Shown one piece after another: positions 11,301 through 20,272 of a stretch of DNA of 64,000 nucleotides. The position numbers and the translations under genes were made by a program. The first letter of the stretch is position 1. Every line of letters starts with the position of its first letter. The DNA comes from a virus, in IMG/VR virus record IMGVR_UViG_3300033802_000277. One strand, given 5' to 3'. The notes beneath the pieces are model-generated. The model had not been told where the DNA came from, did no database searches, and saw only the letters and a list, made by a program, of their open reading frames with translations.

Positions 11301-11853
11301 GTTTTCTACTAGTTAATTCTTTTCCCGAATCAAAATTTAAAGTTGTGGTTATATATCCATCTTTATAAATTTCAGTTGATTTAAATGGTTTACCTTCTGG
11401 ATCTTGAAATTCGATTTCTTTTTGTAACTTCCCAAATTCATTTAATTCTTCTTTTGTTAATTTAATTGTTTTTCTATAATTATCAGTTGCTTTTTCTTGT
11501 TCTTTTAATGTTTTCTTTGCTTCGTCATGTACATTTTTTGTTACTTTTTTAATTTGTTCTCCGCTTTCATTAATGCTGGTTGTTACCGTTGTTACCGTTC
11601 CATCGAGTCTTTTATAAACATCGATTACTTCTTCAACTACTTTATTTTGCTGACGAACTGCTTCTTTTACTTTGTCTAAATTGTTAACAATGTTTTTTAA
11701 GTTAGTTAGCGTACTGTCATCAATTTTAATTTGCAAATTTAATTTTTCGACTTTTTTCTCTAATTCTCTTATCGCTTCGTTTATCTCTTTTGTCGATTGT
11801 TGCTCGTTAATATTGGCTACTATTAGAATCCTTAAATCATTAGGATTTGCCAT
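5335..11853 (-). CDS. Tail tape measure protein (~2170 aa)
   Basis: Very long coiled-coil ORF with TP901-type TMP core (LNETDNNYAVTVRQLADSL, IAGRYQLTRFLALL) and C-terminal YHNGGIVGG; RBS GGGGTGA before ATG 11853. Confidence 0.93.
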   Translation of the reverse strand: MANPNDLRILIVANINEQQSTKEINEAIRELEKKVEKLNLQIKIDDSTLTNLKNIVNNLDKVKEAVRQQNKVVEEVIDVYKRLDGTVTTVTTSINESGEQIKKVTKNVHDEAKKTLKEQEKATDNYRKTIKLTKEELNEFGKLQKEIEFQDPEGKPFKSTEIYKDGYITTTLNFDSGKELTSRKQLIDYAQQEKDELKKQLQLERDLEKIEQKRLETIAKRAQEERKINENQEKAKQKYAEYAATRFQNAQVVNLDVPLNFNASQEELLNYAKAVAGANAEFTKVIPKVDQFGNRMKEMHVRVLEGGKYWHNYTAILDETTGQLYKVDKGLSDVSARQLGWNEQLKIAISRTITWALATTAIYGTKRALEQALGVIIEIDSQLTQLARVADEGTNIEEMFRGAINTATELGQKITDVNDALIMAKQAGYSAQEALDLTRTSVLAANVSDLKPEEAMNDLIGAMTAFNIEAKDSIRIVDVLNETDNNYAVTVRQLADSLSHASSAAETYGASLEQLTGYTTAIAEVTRESGSVIGNMLKSTFSRIYADEAAEALAEIGVQTRDIAGESRKVSDVLSDLAAKWNTLTNAQKQDLAVVIAGRYQLTRFLALLNNWDTAVKATETAMNSQGSAMRENERYMQSLQAKINLLTSAWQEFAYTLGESGLKDLFAGIISLLTQALGLLTKFFDTFGFLPTIAGIATAAILTFTGTTAKMTSAIVAGNISINTLSTSFRTLATSINVARIAAAAFQATITFGISVAVAGLIELITRLTSSSNQAKNNLSKIVDTYNENTTKITDQLEGLRKLSEEYDTLRNKTNKIQEELNKMSQIEKDLVRLYGVSATGINAQGEAYADNTEQIKIRIKQLEEQNRLEKELLKNKVIGNSNEINKNLKEYNKDYDYYVKKAEEVQRVIDNINNRLSGNITGPVTLLTGIKTNDLAYLNRVLEGYYKNLSYYQEKAQEASKNISETSSSYFKVLQNELEDNGKSLTDQARRVSEELAKSLSMSNIDPSEGIRIFNNAIRNMLSSGGLNDLFKQYDELKRKLNENPFDKNIKNQIDYVVSEIKSGIEKLFSNVNLSGIATKSLENFTNQFIELLKVVPQVSNVIYNFEKQLEDLSKSYDNASEEVKSLNKLIEDVKNGRELSADSIAKMIIQEKELVNAISVENGQIKINIEAVEALRDAKIKAFQDSLNMREQELEKMRNALNAELEMYGIQIQSIKEVGKAKAELLLQLDDLNTQINSMIDESGTGFGADFAAYMVERDKRLRTLANVDKLDEYLKTIEALKQASSIGLREAGTSSGSSSSKERTFIDRILNLLPTFKEQIQDAENQLKSLNEQILDTKNQMDIADLEGDLPKRIELEKQLNALLEERMNKYHEVAEQLRSIRENEIIPEFDKYFSDFRQGRNIEDISKEEIANYANNLEKQLNNLNNRIGRETSDSIKAQLEQQKQGLENRKELFNYYIQLFEDLDKAINEKSASWIDDFKESLRNVNSIFEETNKLLKDETQRKLEDIDEQIEELNRETKKFNETSQEYRNELQKQIDLLKQKQDIVHNEAEALREQLANGNLTIEQTKILNDRIRELSNSWWDFHEVISQTNFEIINSQINEAADVVKKYDDELSISNDRLKILEENSKEYSDELQNQVRILENKLKAEENHEQIIRKQMQSVNLTEAEWSKLNDQLRQSILSQIEIATSIKNTNKSLQDQTKKLADEVIDFYKEMYEKQRDIAIKGIEDELDALNKAHKEKIKLLDDEISKYEEIVNARLKAIDEQASEEDYNKRLNELIKERDEIQRKIDVKRLNNSKEARAELAELEKSLAEKNEEISEFQNNRTREQLKKNLQQQLEDKKKNMDKQKELEDQAFEKEKERLDQLKKITNQYYDDLINNEREFNQIREEIMKGNISNVLAKFEEFKNFILRNSGEIGQSISNNLLDNMNRLSNGLVSATQSLNNEFINIANNLNDTLIKKVDELIRKFKELGNLKFNVTTSNTGNSNNNYYIPMNDQERNIIASMKMNSELWHKYPSMRSAYERSNQELGSQIGATYNAAEGVWYKNNLPLYHNGGIVGGKGSPVIEKLHKMLNLGSDERLSILKLGELVVKNNPINNIVGNIANGIRLMDFSKLISPLTNSNGNQNAVNQIVINIDNVIGDRKGAEDVSNTIIKRLKGKGVI

Positions 11854-11879
11854 TTGATCACCCCTTTCTTTGAACAAAA

Positions 11880-11904
11880 AAGAAGCGACTCCCAATCGCT
11901 TCTT
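11880..11904 (-). terminator. Intrinsic terminator-like hairpin upstream of TMP
   Basis: AAGAAGCGA-7nt-TCGCTTCTT, followed by a U-run on the minus strand. Confidence 0.5.
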
Positions 11905-11972
11905 AAGATAAAATTACGATTTCATTTGACAATTGCACAAAAAAGAAAAAACCCTAAAATACTTAGGGTTCT

Positions 11973-12167
11973 TTATTTCTTCTGCAATTCCGATTGAACT
12001 TCTTTATTTTGAAAATTTTCTTGTTTTTCATCTTTTACAGGAAAAGAAAGGGCTACAACTATCTCCGTAAGAGCCTGAGCTTCCTTAATTCCTTGTAATT
12101 GTATTCTATCTAAAAAAACTAAAATATTATTTCTCATATTATCTGAAATTTCATATAGCGCCACCAA
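11973..12167 (-). CDS. Small hypothetical protein
   Basis: 64 aa with RBS GGAGG; co-oriented in the tail operon. Confidence 0.6.
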   Translation of the reverse strand: MVALYEISDNMRNNILVFLDRIQLQGIKEAQALTEIVVALSFPVKDEKQENFQNKEVQSELQKK

Positions 12168-12179
12168 TAAAACCTCCCA

Positions 12180-12398
12180 TTAATTCCAAACAACATAACC
12201 TTTAAAGGGATTGTTGCCTGTTCCTGAACTGTCTGACCATTTAATATCTGACCATTTAATATTGGGATAATCATAAGTGTATTTGTACACATGTTCATGC
12301 TTAATAATAATTTGAGTTTTTCCTAATTCCTTTATTATTTTTATAAATTCTTCAACAGAACATTCGATTTCCAAATTATCAATTTTAGCTTTAACCAT
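12180..12398 (-). CDS. Small hypothetical protein
   Basis: 72 aa with RBS GGAGGG; contains an internal IKWSD duplication. Confidence 0.6.
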   Translation of the reverse strand: MVKAKIDNLEIECSVEEFIKIIKELGKTQIIIKHEHVYKYTYDYPNIKWSDIKWSDSSGTGNNPFKGYVVWN

Positions 12399-12411
12399 TA
12401 GTTACCCTCCA

Positions 12412-13422
12412 TTAAAAATTATCAAAAATTTTCTTCTTTTCTTCTTCAAAATCTCTAAGATCGTATATTGAAGTCGTTTCAATAGATTCATGATGAGCAA
12501 CATACTTGCTAACTAATTTAATATCGACCCCTGATTCTAAAAGATAAGTAATACAAGAATTTTTAAAAATATGCACATTAATTCTTCTCTCTAATATCCC
12601 AGAAAGCACTTCCGAACAAAAATAATCGGCCCACGTTGGAGCCATCTGTCTAACTTCTCCTAAATGTTGTGTAGTGAAAATATATTCTGATTCATAGCCT
12701 CTGCTATCGACCCATTTTTTCCAATAAGGCAAAACGTCTAATGGAATCATATATTGTAATGGCTTCCCATCTTCAGATTTACCTTTACCACGAACAACAT
12801 GAGAAAGAATATAATTTTGCCCTTCTGGAATTGGATAATTAAGAATTTCTGTTCTAAATTGAATTATCTCACTACGCCTTGCACCAACCCTAAATGCCGT
12901 TGCAAGCCAAGCCATTCCTAACCAGTTCTCATCTTCTTCTAAAACTTTCATCATGTAGTCATATTCTTCTTTTGTTACTTTGATTTTTTCATACACACGA
13001 TTCTTTGGCATTGGCGGAAGACCGCGAGTGAAATTTCGGAAATTTTTGTAATTTTCATCTTCATCAGCAACAACATTTTCGATATAATTACAAAAACTTG
13101 ATACACTTGCTTTTTTGAGATTTAGCGCACTTGAAGAAAGCTTACGTTCATCACGAAGAAAACTTATATATCTAAGAAAATCACGTTTTGTTATTTTGTA
13201 TAAGGGCTTATTATTCAGCGATCTATAAATAAACCACCCGAATTGCCGTAGAGAACTGGAGTATTGTTTTTTAGATTGTGGAGAATGATTTTGCACATTA
13301 ATAAATTCTTCAACCAATTGACGATATTCCTCGTTTACCATTTCCCACATTTCATCTGTGACTGGCGGGAGTTTTTCTGCTGGTTGACGAAGTGTATTTT
13401 TGTTTATTTGCTTTTTACTCAA
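12412..13422 (-). CDS. Tyrosine recombinase/integrase family protein embedded in the tail operon (SPbeta YomM-like position)
   Basis: GARRSE (catalytic R), RGKGK, HIFK (HxxR box with R>K), AHHESIETTSIY (H...Y). Confidence 0.88.
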   Translation of the reverse strand: MSKKQINKNTLRQPAEKLPPVTDEMWEMVNEEYRQLVEEFINVQNHSPQSKKQYSSSLRQFGWFIYRSLNNKPLYKITKRDFLRYISFLRDERKLSSSALNLKKASVSSFCNYIENVVADEDENYKNFRNFTRGLPPMPKNRVYEKIKVTKEEYDYMMKVLEEDENWLGMAWLATAFRVGARRSEIIQFRTEILNYPIPEGQNYILSHVVRGKGKSEDGKPLQYMIPLDVLPYWKKWVDSRGYESEYIFTTQHLGEVRQMAPTWADYFCSEVLSGILERRINVHIFKNSCITYLLESGVDIKLVSKYVAHHESIETTSIYDLRDFEEEKKKIFDNF

Positions 13423-13433
13423 CGAATCACCCC

Positions 13434-13919
13434 TTATCTTACATCAAATCCTCTTTTTTCAAGACCTTCTTTTAAAGCCTGAATATGGACACCTGATCTT
13501 TGTAATGCTTTAATGGTTTCTTGTGTAAACGGTCTACTTTGTAGATATTTCCAAGATGTATGATCTCTATTGTATTTAAATTGATATTCTCCATATCCAG
13601 CATTGTCACCATATTCAATCAATGGGGCAATATATAAATCTTCTTGATCTGCCCCTTTAGCCATGTTAATCACAGAAAGAACAACGGAATTTCCTTGTTT
13701 TTCTACAACAGCTACCATCATCTCAGTATCTTGTAAGCCACCATTATTAAATTTCCTACGTTCGTAAACATATGGTTGTTCGTATGCTTCGTAAACTACT
13801 TTTTCAATTTGTTTTTGTTCTTCAAACCTTACTGCGTCTGCAACTTCATCTTTCATTGTTTCAACAACTTTATCTTGAATATATTTATAAAGCTCATTCC
13901 GCCCCTTGAACGTCGGCAT
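13434..13919 (-). CDS. Putative neck/tail-completion protein
   Basis: 161 aa, ends RPFTQETIKAL...LKEGLEKRGFDVR as in HK97 gp10-like neck proteins; position in the operon fits. Confidence 0.5.
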   Translation of the reverse strand: MPTFKGRNELYKYIQDKVVETMKDEVADAVRFEEQKQIEKVVYEAYEQPYVYERRKFNNGGLQDTEMMVAVVEKQGNSVVLSVINMAKGADQEDLYIAPLIEYGDNAGYGEYQFKYNRDHTSWKYLQSRPFTQETIKALQRSGVHIQALKEGLEKRGFDVR

Positions 13920-14412
13920 TTTCAAGTTCCTCCATATTCTCAACCTCTTTCATAACTCCAACAACGCCAATCTCTGCCAATCGTTCACCAATTACTTTTG
14001 CATTTTTATCTATTTCAGAAAAAACAAATTCAATTTGTTCTTTATCAAAACCATCATTTATTAGTTTTTCTGTAATCCCAAGATCATAAAGTGAGTTTGA
14101 AGCATAAATTAAATCGTCAACATTGTCTAAATCAGGTAGCGGTACATCAGAAAAATATTTGATAATCATTGTATTTATTAAAGCCGTTGAATCTGTGATG
14201 GTATCCACATTTAAATCTTTTTTATTCCTTATTTCATATAAAATTTGCAAATAATGAATTAGCATTTTGAAGATTTTTGATCTTCGGAACTTCTTATCAA
14301 CGACAACCTCATAATCTTCGTTATCAATTGAAATATATACTTTCTTTTTTTCGTTAAACTGTGAAGCAAGTTTATTTAATTTTGTTGGTGTAAGTTTTTT
14401 TGCTTTTGCCAT
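13894..14412 (-). CDS. Putative tail assembly chaperone
   Basis: 172 aa ORF directly after the major tail protein; assignment by position. Confidence 0.5.
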   Translation of the reverse strand: MAKAKKLTPTKLNKLASQFNEKKKVYISIDNEDYEVVVDKKFRRSKIFKMLIHYLQILYEIRNKKDLNVDTITDSTALINTMIIKYFSDVPLPDLDNVDDLIYASNSLYDLGITEKLINDGFDKEQIEFVFSEIDKNAKVIGERLAEIGVVGVMKEVENMEELENADVQGAE

Positions 14413-14458
14413 TTCCTAACTCTCCCTTTAAAAATACAATTAAATTCAATAACAAAAA

Positions 14459-14489
14459 AATAAAGGAGAGAATTTATCTCTCCTTTATT
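14459..14489 (-). terminator. Terminator after major tail gene
   Basis: AATAAAGGAGAGA-5nt-TCTCTCCTTTATT, followed by a U-tract on the minus strand. Confidence 0.65.
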
Positions 14490-15267
14490 CAACATCTTCA
14501 TAAATAATCATATCATACAACGTATCAACACCATTAACATTTACTGGGAATACATCCAGTACAAGACTCAAGGTGCTCGGATCTCCTGTGGGTGCATTAG
14601 TAATTGTAAAGTTTTGCTGTAGTTTTGCTTTATAATATTTTATTTGTGCCGAAACCATTTCGCCAGAAGTTTCATCGGCATATACAGTATCTCCAACAAT
14701 AAATATGTATGGAGGAAATCCTTTTGCAGTAAATGAAAGTTTATGAGCATTAGCAGCATTCCACCTATAATAAACTACTACTTCATCTCCGATATTAACA
14801 GTAGCAGTAGTAGCCAATTCTACCTCTTTATTATTAATCGCTTGAACATTTTGTTGTGCGCCCAAAATTCCATTTACATAAGCAAATACAGCTATATCAT
14901 CCACAGTTCCAATAGGTGTTTTTGAAAGATTAATAACTTTTTCTCCAGCCCCACCATCTTGAACAACTAAAATTTCGCTTTTAAAAATTTCAGCATTTCC
15001 AGAAACAATATTTTCACCTGCAAGTAATGCCAAATGTTGCATAGTAAATATTTGCGTTTCAACTGTTATAGTCGTCTCCTTATCACCGTGCCAAGCTATC
15101 CTCCTCGGGTTACCACGCCCCCCGCGCGCATATACTGTACTAGAGGTGTTTTCTAACTGTGAACTAGTTGCATAATCAAATGTCATAATAGGTTTTTTTG
15201 TCTTAAAATCAAAGATTTGAAAATCCATAATCTCTCTAGAACCATAACGTCCCAAATTTAATGCCAT
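14485..15267 (-). CDS. Major tail (tube) protein
   Basis: 260 aa; YGSREIMDF...VYARGGRGNPRRIAWHGDKE...GDPSTLSLVLD; strong RBS and followed by a terminator. Confidence 0.75.
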   Translation of the reverse strand: MALNLGRYGSREIMDFQIFDFKTKKPIMTFDYATSSQLENTSSTVYARGGRGNPRRIAWHGDKETTITVETQIFTMQHLALLAGENIVSGNAEIFKSEILVVQDGGAGEKVINLSKTPIGTVDDIAVFAYVNGILGAQQNVQAINNKEVELATTATVNIGDEVVVYYRWNAANAHKLSFTAKGFPPYIFIVGDTVYADETSGEMVSAQIKYYKAKLQQNFTITNAPTGDPSTLSLVLDVFPVNVNGVDTLYDMIIYEDVE

Positions 15268-15301
15268 TTAGTTATTCCTCCTTAATCAAATAAAGTTAAA
15301 A

Positions 15302-15321
15302 AATCTCCTTTCGGAGATTTG
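15302..15321 (-). terminator. Terminator hairpin with GAAA loop
   Basis: Minus strand AAATCTCC-GAAA-GGAGATTT then a T-run. Confidence 0.6.
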
Positions 15322-15327
15322 AAAATA

Positions 15328-16047
15328 CTAAAATTTACTTTTTATAATCCATTCAGGCAATTTATGATTTTCGCCAAGATATCCGTTTGCCCAAACTCTG
15401 AGCAAACGAGTATGTTGCTCTTTTAAATTCAATCTTTCAAACAAGGCATACACTTGATAAATTGTCAATTGCCCAACATTAAAAACGTTTATACCATTTC
15501 CCTCAGCATTGCAAAGAATTGACAATATATCCTTTAATGATAATGTATCTGCTGAACCACTTTTCTTATATTTATTTCGAAAACTTTGCAACTTTTCATA
15601 CATTTGTTTCGCTTTTTCGTTTTTAAACCTTATAACCCTATCTTCTTCAATTATTCCATTTAACTCTTTTATCTTTTCAGATATTTCAATATAATTATCT
15701 TTGTTCATGAAAATTTTATTTTCTACCAAAAATGCATATTGAGATTCCGAATAATTAATTTCTTTTTTTGTAAAAAACCGCAATGCATTTATTAATTCAT
15801 CTCTAATTACTGAAACTGATATAAATAAATCATATGTGTCTATGTTTTCAATTTCTTTGTATTTATCATCTGATAAATTTAACAAATTTATAAATACTAC
15901 TTCTTTGTTGAATGTCGCAAGACTTAAGTAAACATTGTATTGTATCTCGCCAATATCTGCTATTTCATTAATTGTTGGAGAAAAAATATCTACATTGTTT
16001 ACTTTAATAGGTTTTCCAAGAAAGTATTTAAGGCGATCATCACCCAT
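15328..16047 (-). CDS. Conserved phage morphogenesis protein
   Basis: 239 aa in the head-tail block; ...FNVGQLTIYQVYALFERL. Confidence 0.7.
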   Translation of the reverse strand: MGDDRLKYFLGKPIKVNNVDIFSPTINEIADIGEIQYNVYLSLATFNKEVVFINLLNLSDDKYKEIENIDTYDLFISVSVIRDELINALRFFTKKEINYSESQYAFLVENKIFMNKDNYIEISEKIKELNGIIEEDRVIRFKNEKAKQMYEKLQSFRNKYKKSGSADTLSLKDILSILCNAEGNGINVFNVGQLTIYQVYALFERLNLKEQHTRLLRVWANGYLGENHKLPEWIIKSKF

Positions 16048-16055
16048 AGTTTCAC

Positions 16056-16529
16056 CTAATTAAAATCAACTGGTTTATACGACAAATATGCGCCAGAATA
16101 ACTATTATTAACGAAAAACTCATCCATTTCATATAATTCAAGTTTTCCCAATCCGAATCCACGTTGTTTGTTCATTATTTCATCAATCTTATTTAAAAGA
16201 AAATCAACCCTTGTAACTCCGTAATCTGTTTTGAACAAGGATTTATGTGTAAATATAGAAATAAATATTAATCCTTGTTTAAAAACATTGCTTATCGGCC
16301 TAAATCGTTTAAAGTGAATTGACAAATAAGTTTTGGCAGTATCGTCTACATTAGGAACAAAAAAGTGAGGATAAATATTGTCATACACAAGGATTGAAGT
16401 ATCTTCTATGTCATCTTTATTTAAAAAATTTGTTTCGTTATAAAACAACGCTTTGCAAATATTCTGAGATTCTAATAATTTTAACATTATTGTATTTTTA
16501 TATTTGCTTAATTCTTCAAACTTTGCCAA
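16056..16529 (-). CDS. Putative tail terminator / head-tail joining protein
   Basis: 157 aa; IFTHKSL...RVDFLLNKIDEIMN...GLGKLEL. Confidence 0.55.
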   Translation of the reverse strand: MAKFEELSKYKNTIMLKLLESQNICKALFYNETNFLNKDDIEDTSILVYDNIYPHFFVPNVDDTAKTYLSIHFKRFRPISNVFKQGLIFISIFTHKSLFKTDYGVTRVDFLLNKIDEIMNKQRGFGLGKLELYEMDEFFVNNSYSGAYLSYKPVDFN

Positions 16530-16545
16530 TCAATCACCTTCTTAA

Positions 16546-17766
16546 TTAGAACAACGGTTTCATATTAATTTGTTTCCATACAGAAACATTCGAATCTTTT
16601 TGCAACGTTGCTTTTAAATATACACTTCCAAAATTTGAATTATTGTTTTTAATCGTACAACTAGATCCACTATAATTTGTTATTATAGCTAACGTTGTAT
16701 TAGAAACTTTATCATTTGAAAACAATTGCCAAACTACGCTTTCATTAGTTTGTATTCCGTTATTATAAACAACTGCCTCAAATGTTTTTGATTGTCCATT
16801 TTTTATTTCGTTAACCCCAACAATTTCAATTGAAAAATTATCTACAATGACTGTTTCAACTGTTACAGATATTGTATCTGATACAGTATTATCATCAACC
16901 AAACTAACAGTAATCAATGCAGAACCATCATTCACACCAGTAACTAAACCATTTTCATCTACTGTAGCAATAGATTCATCTGAAGACGAATAAGACACTT
17001 GGGCCTCTTCTTCAACTCCGTTATTTTTTACAACAACATTCAATTGCACAGAATTTCCTGATTGAATTGAAATGCTGTCGCCATTTAAAATCTCTATAGT
17101 ATAATTTGCAATGTTGTTGTAATAATCAGCAATTCCTAATTCGATATTATCAACATTGTCTTTCAATACATCCTGTTTAAGAATTAGATTGACCAAACCA
17201 GCATCACTAACTAAATCAAAATCAATTACCTTATAAGCAGTTCCGCCAAATAGAAACCTTTTTTCTAAGCGGATTTTCCGAGTGTGTTCATTATTTTGTA
17301 CAACCACTTGTCTCCGTCCGTCAGGTAAACCCATAACTTTATCTTCGTCTACGCCAGAATTAGAACGATTATTAAAATAAAACACACAAGGGAATGAACG
17401 AACAATTCCTTTTTCGTCGATCCATTTTAAGTCGCTATTGCATTCTTCCATTTGACCTCTGTAATAAATATTTCCTTGTTTATCAACTATTGTGATAATC
17501 CAAATTTCATTTTCCCAGTTTATGTAATCACCGCGACTCAACGTAAATTCTGGAGCTAAAGCAATGGTTTTTATATCTTGATTTTTTGAGTCATCAATAA
17601 TTAATGCAGGAGTAAGCGATTCACTACCATTTATTGAAACTTCATAATAAGATGGACTATTTTTCATTGATGTTATTACATTTCGAGAAAAGCTATTCAC
17701 AAATGAATTTTTAATGTTTCCACCACGATTATTTAAATAATTTCGATAAGAGTCCAGAAATGGCAT
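16546..17766 (-). CDS. Head-tail connector protein with Ig-like (Big_2) domain
   Basis: 406 aa; VSYSSSDESIATVDENGLVTGVNDGSALITV is a Big_2 signature. Confidence 0.7.
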   Translation of the reverse strand: MPFLDSYRNYLNNRGGNIKNSFVNSFSRNVITSMKNSPSYYEVSINGSESLTPALIIDDSKNQDIKTIALAPEFTLSRGDYINWENEIWIITIVDKQGNIYYRGQMEECNSDLKWIDEKGIVRSFPCVFYFNNRSNSGVDEDKVMGLPDGRRQVVVQNNEHTRKIRLEKRFLFGGTAYKVIDFDLVSDAGLVNLILKQDVLKDNVDNIELGIADYYNNIANYTIEILNGDSISIQSGNSVQLNVVVKNNGVEEEAQVSYSSSDESIATVDENGLVTGVNDGSALITVSLVDDNTVSDTISVTVETVIVDNFSIEIVGVNEIKNGQSKTFEAVVYNNGIQTNESVVWQLFSNDKVSNTTLAIITNYSGSSCTIKNNNSNFGSVYLKATLQKDSNVSVWKQINMKPLF

Positions 17767-18200
17767 TAATCAGATACACCTACTTCCGAACTCTTAATAT
17801 CAAAAAGATAATAATTCATTTGTGAATCAACTTTGTTTTCTAATTCCTTTTTTGTTGATCTTATCTCTTTAAGATGATTAGCTGGACTAAAAATATTAAA
17901 ATCTTTTGTTGACAAATGATTTCTAAATTCTTCGATATTGTTAATTTGTGTTTCCATCCATTGAATTACACATAAAGTTGAAAGAATATCTTTTTCCGTA
18001 TCACTCAAAGCTTCATTGAAAACTCTTGTCATATTATCTCTGTCGTATAAATTTTTCCTACAATAACGAAACTTTGGTATTGCACTAATCAAATATTTAT
18101 CGAAGATACTGTTTATATCAGTTTCATCTAAAGACGCAAAATCATAATCAATAATTTTACTTAAAAACAAGTCTCGAATCTCATCAAAAGATGTGGACAT
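17766..18200 (-). CDS. Putative head-tail adaptor
   Basis: 144 aa, MSTSFDEIRDLFLSKIIDY; overlaps the next gene by 1 nt. Confidence 0.6.
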   Translation of the reverse strand: MSTSFDEIRDLFLSKIIDYDFASLDETDINSIFDKYLISAIPKFRYCRKNLYDRDNMTRVFNEALSDTEKDILSTLCVIQWMETQINNIEEFRNHLSTKDFNIFSPANHLKEIRSTKKELENKVDSQMNYYLFDIKSSEVGVSD

Positions 18201-18215
18201 TCACCTCACCACACT

Positions 18216-18650
18216 TTATTTTTTGTCTCCTTCTTCCAAAGACTTAAAATCATATCCAGACCATTCTTCTAAGAATTTCACTTTATTCAGATTTAAGTCA
18301 TCGAATTCTTTAGCAATTGCAATAACTCTATCAATTACATGTTTTTCTTTTTCATTACTAAGTACAGATTTCATTTTATTAATATTTCCTTTAATAAGTT
18401 CCCTAATTTCATCGTCTGTATAGTTAGCGATAGTTCTTACGTCGTATCCAAATTCAATATTTTTTTCAATATCATCAATTATTAACATTTTCCTTCTGAA
18501 CATATTGCTCGTACTATTAATATAATCAACTTCTTCTTCATCGATTAAACGATATCCCTTAGAAGGAATTATTGTACTTTTGACACCATCCATAAAATTT
18601 ATACCAACTTCAAAAGCATTGGGATTAATAATTTTTATTTTTTTAGCCAC
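18216..18650 (-). CDS. Hypothetical virion protein downstream of capsid
   Basis: 144 aa with RBS GGGAGTG. Confidence 0.65.
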   Translation of the reverse strand: MAKKIKIINPNAFEVGINFMDGVKSTIIPSKGYRLIDEEEVDYINSTSNMFRRKMLIIDDIEKNIEFGYDVRTIANYTDDEIRELIKGNINKMKSVLSNEKEKHVIDRVIAIAKEFDDLNLNKVKFLEEWSGYDFKSLEEGDKK

Positions 18651-18692
18651 AAAATGACACTCCCTTAAATTTTTTTGTAAATTTAAAAATCA

Positions 18693-18725
18693 AATTTGGG
18701 AGGAAGTTTATTTTCCTCCCAAATT
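18693..18725 (-). terminator. Terminator after major capsid gene
   Basis: AATTTGGGAGGA-9nt-TCCTCCCAAATT. Confidence 0.65.
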
Positions 18726-18743
18726 AAATATTTTATTTTTTTA

Positions 18744-19745
18744 TTAGCTTAAAGTGGTATCTTCATAAATAGCAATTGGTTGACGAATTTGATTAACCCC
18801 AACAACACCTGCGCCCATGAGTTGATCGAAGCGCATTTGATATGATCTGTCATTGATATTTTGTTGTTGCATGCTCATTACTCCGCCGGGGAACCAAATT
18901 TTCAATGTTTTCAATTCGGGTCTAACATTTGGAACTATGTAAATATAGCCTTTATTTAATGCAGTTTCAAAACCATTTAACCCAACATACGGATTAACCA
19001 GCTTAACAACGGTTGCACCCTTGTATACACCAATAATACCACTTCTATTATATTCATCAATAATTCCATCGCTTACCTTTCCTGCAACTGCGGTAAGTCC
19101 CGGAAGTTTTTGAAGTGCTTCATAGTCACCAACGATTGCACATCCACCTAAACGCTGCATCGCATTTAGTAATTTATCAAATGTTGCTTGAACAATGCCG
19201 TTTCCAGCACCATAAGTCGGTTCAGCAAGACCATTCAATGCGGCATTGAGTGTATCTTGGACTTTCTGAGCAATTTTAATATCAAATTGATTAAATACAT
19301 CTTCGATTAACTGTTGAAAATCATATCGACCATCGGCAATCTCAATCCATTCGGCCACAGGCATTGCAGAAAGAGATTCATATTTCAAAGTGCCATAAGA
19401 AAATCCAATTCTTGATGCGTCAGGAGTACCATTAGGCGTTTGCCAATAAGCTTCTACTTGTTGGGTACGATATTTGAAAATCGGTCTTTCCCTGAGATCC
19501 GTGCGCTGGACATCGCCTACAATATCAAGATAATTGGTGTAAAAACGAACCATATTATCCACAACATATGCAACAATTTCATTTAATTCATATAGATTCA
19601 TTGGATTAGGATTGGATGCTAATTCTTTAATAAGAGCTAAAGATTCTTTATAATCTTCTTTAAATGTATCAAGTTCTAGCTTTTTCTTGTCGGTAAAAAC
19701 TTCTGAAAGCACTTTTACAATTCTAGAATTTTTAGTTACAGTCAT
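18744..19745 (-). CDS. Major capsid protein
   Basis: 333 aa after the scaffold and decoration genes; strong RBS AAGGAGGA, terminator downstream, high-expression codon style. Confidence 0.8.
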   Translation of the reverse strand: MTVTKNSRIVKVLSEVFTDKKKLELDTFKEDYKESLALIKELASNPNPMNLYELNEIVAYVVDNMVRFYTNYLDIVGDVQRTDLRERPIFKYRTQQVEAYWQTPNGTPDASRIGFSYGTLKYESLSAMPVAEWIEIADGRYDFQQLIEDVFNQFDIKIAQKVQDTLNAALNGLAEPTYGAGNGIVQATFDKLLNAMQRLGGCAIVGDYEALQKLPGLTAVAGKVSDGIIDEYNRSGIIGVYKGATVVKLVNPYVGLNGFETALNKGYIYIVPNVRPELKTLKIWFPGGVMSMQQQNINDRSYQMRFDQLMGAGVVGVNQIRQPIAIYEDTTLS

Positions 19746-19781
19746 TTTATTTCCTCCTTGAAATTAATATTTTAAATTTAA

Positions 19782-20237
19782 TTAATGAGTAACAACTTCT
19801 AATTTAAGCGCATTATTTCCAAATAAGGTGTTCTTCTCTTTAACGACAAAACTTAGTTCAGGAGTACGAGCACCAATTGCTTCAACTTTTCCGTTTGCAC
19901 CCACAGCAAATTTTGAACCAACTGCTACTGCACTATAATCAGCCACAGTAAATTGATCAGTGGTAATTACATCGCCAACTTGAAGAGAACGCAATGGTAC
20001 ATATTCACCAGCTTTATAGACAACATCTGCGTCTGCTACTGCTTGCTCGTCAATTGTATTGTTTTGTTGTAAAACAAGTTTAATACCAGAACCGTCTCCA
20101 GCCGTAGCATCTGCTACAGGAGAAACAGTTTTATTAGAATAATCAACAACAACAAATTGACCAGGTTTAAGATCAACAGCAGCTTTAAAACCACCTTCAA
20201 CTACATTACCGACTTGTTTGTTAACCAATACAGCCAT
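19782..20237 (-). CDS. Head decoration/cement protein
   Basis: 151 aa rich in Ala/Val/Gly, between scaffold and capsid genes. Confidence 0.6.
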   Translation of the reverse strand: MAVLVNKQVGNVVEGGFKAAVDLKPGQFVVVDYSNKTVSPVADATAGDGSGIKLVLQQNNTIDEQAVADADVVYKAGEYVPLRSLQVGDVITTDQFTVADYSAVAVGSKFAVGANGKVEAIGARTPELSFVVKEKNTLFGNNALKLEVVTH

Positions 20238-20272
20238 TAATTTATCCTCCTTAATTTATTATTTTATTTTTA

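Noticed and set aside
13894-14412. Programmed frameshift in the tail chaperone
   Set aside because: I found no convincing slippery heptamer with an extended second frame, and TMP is not adjacent.
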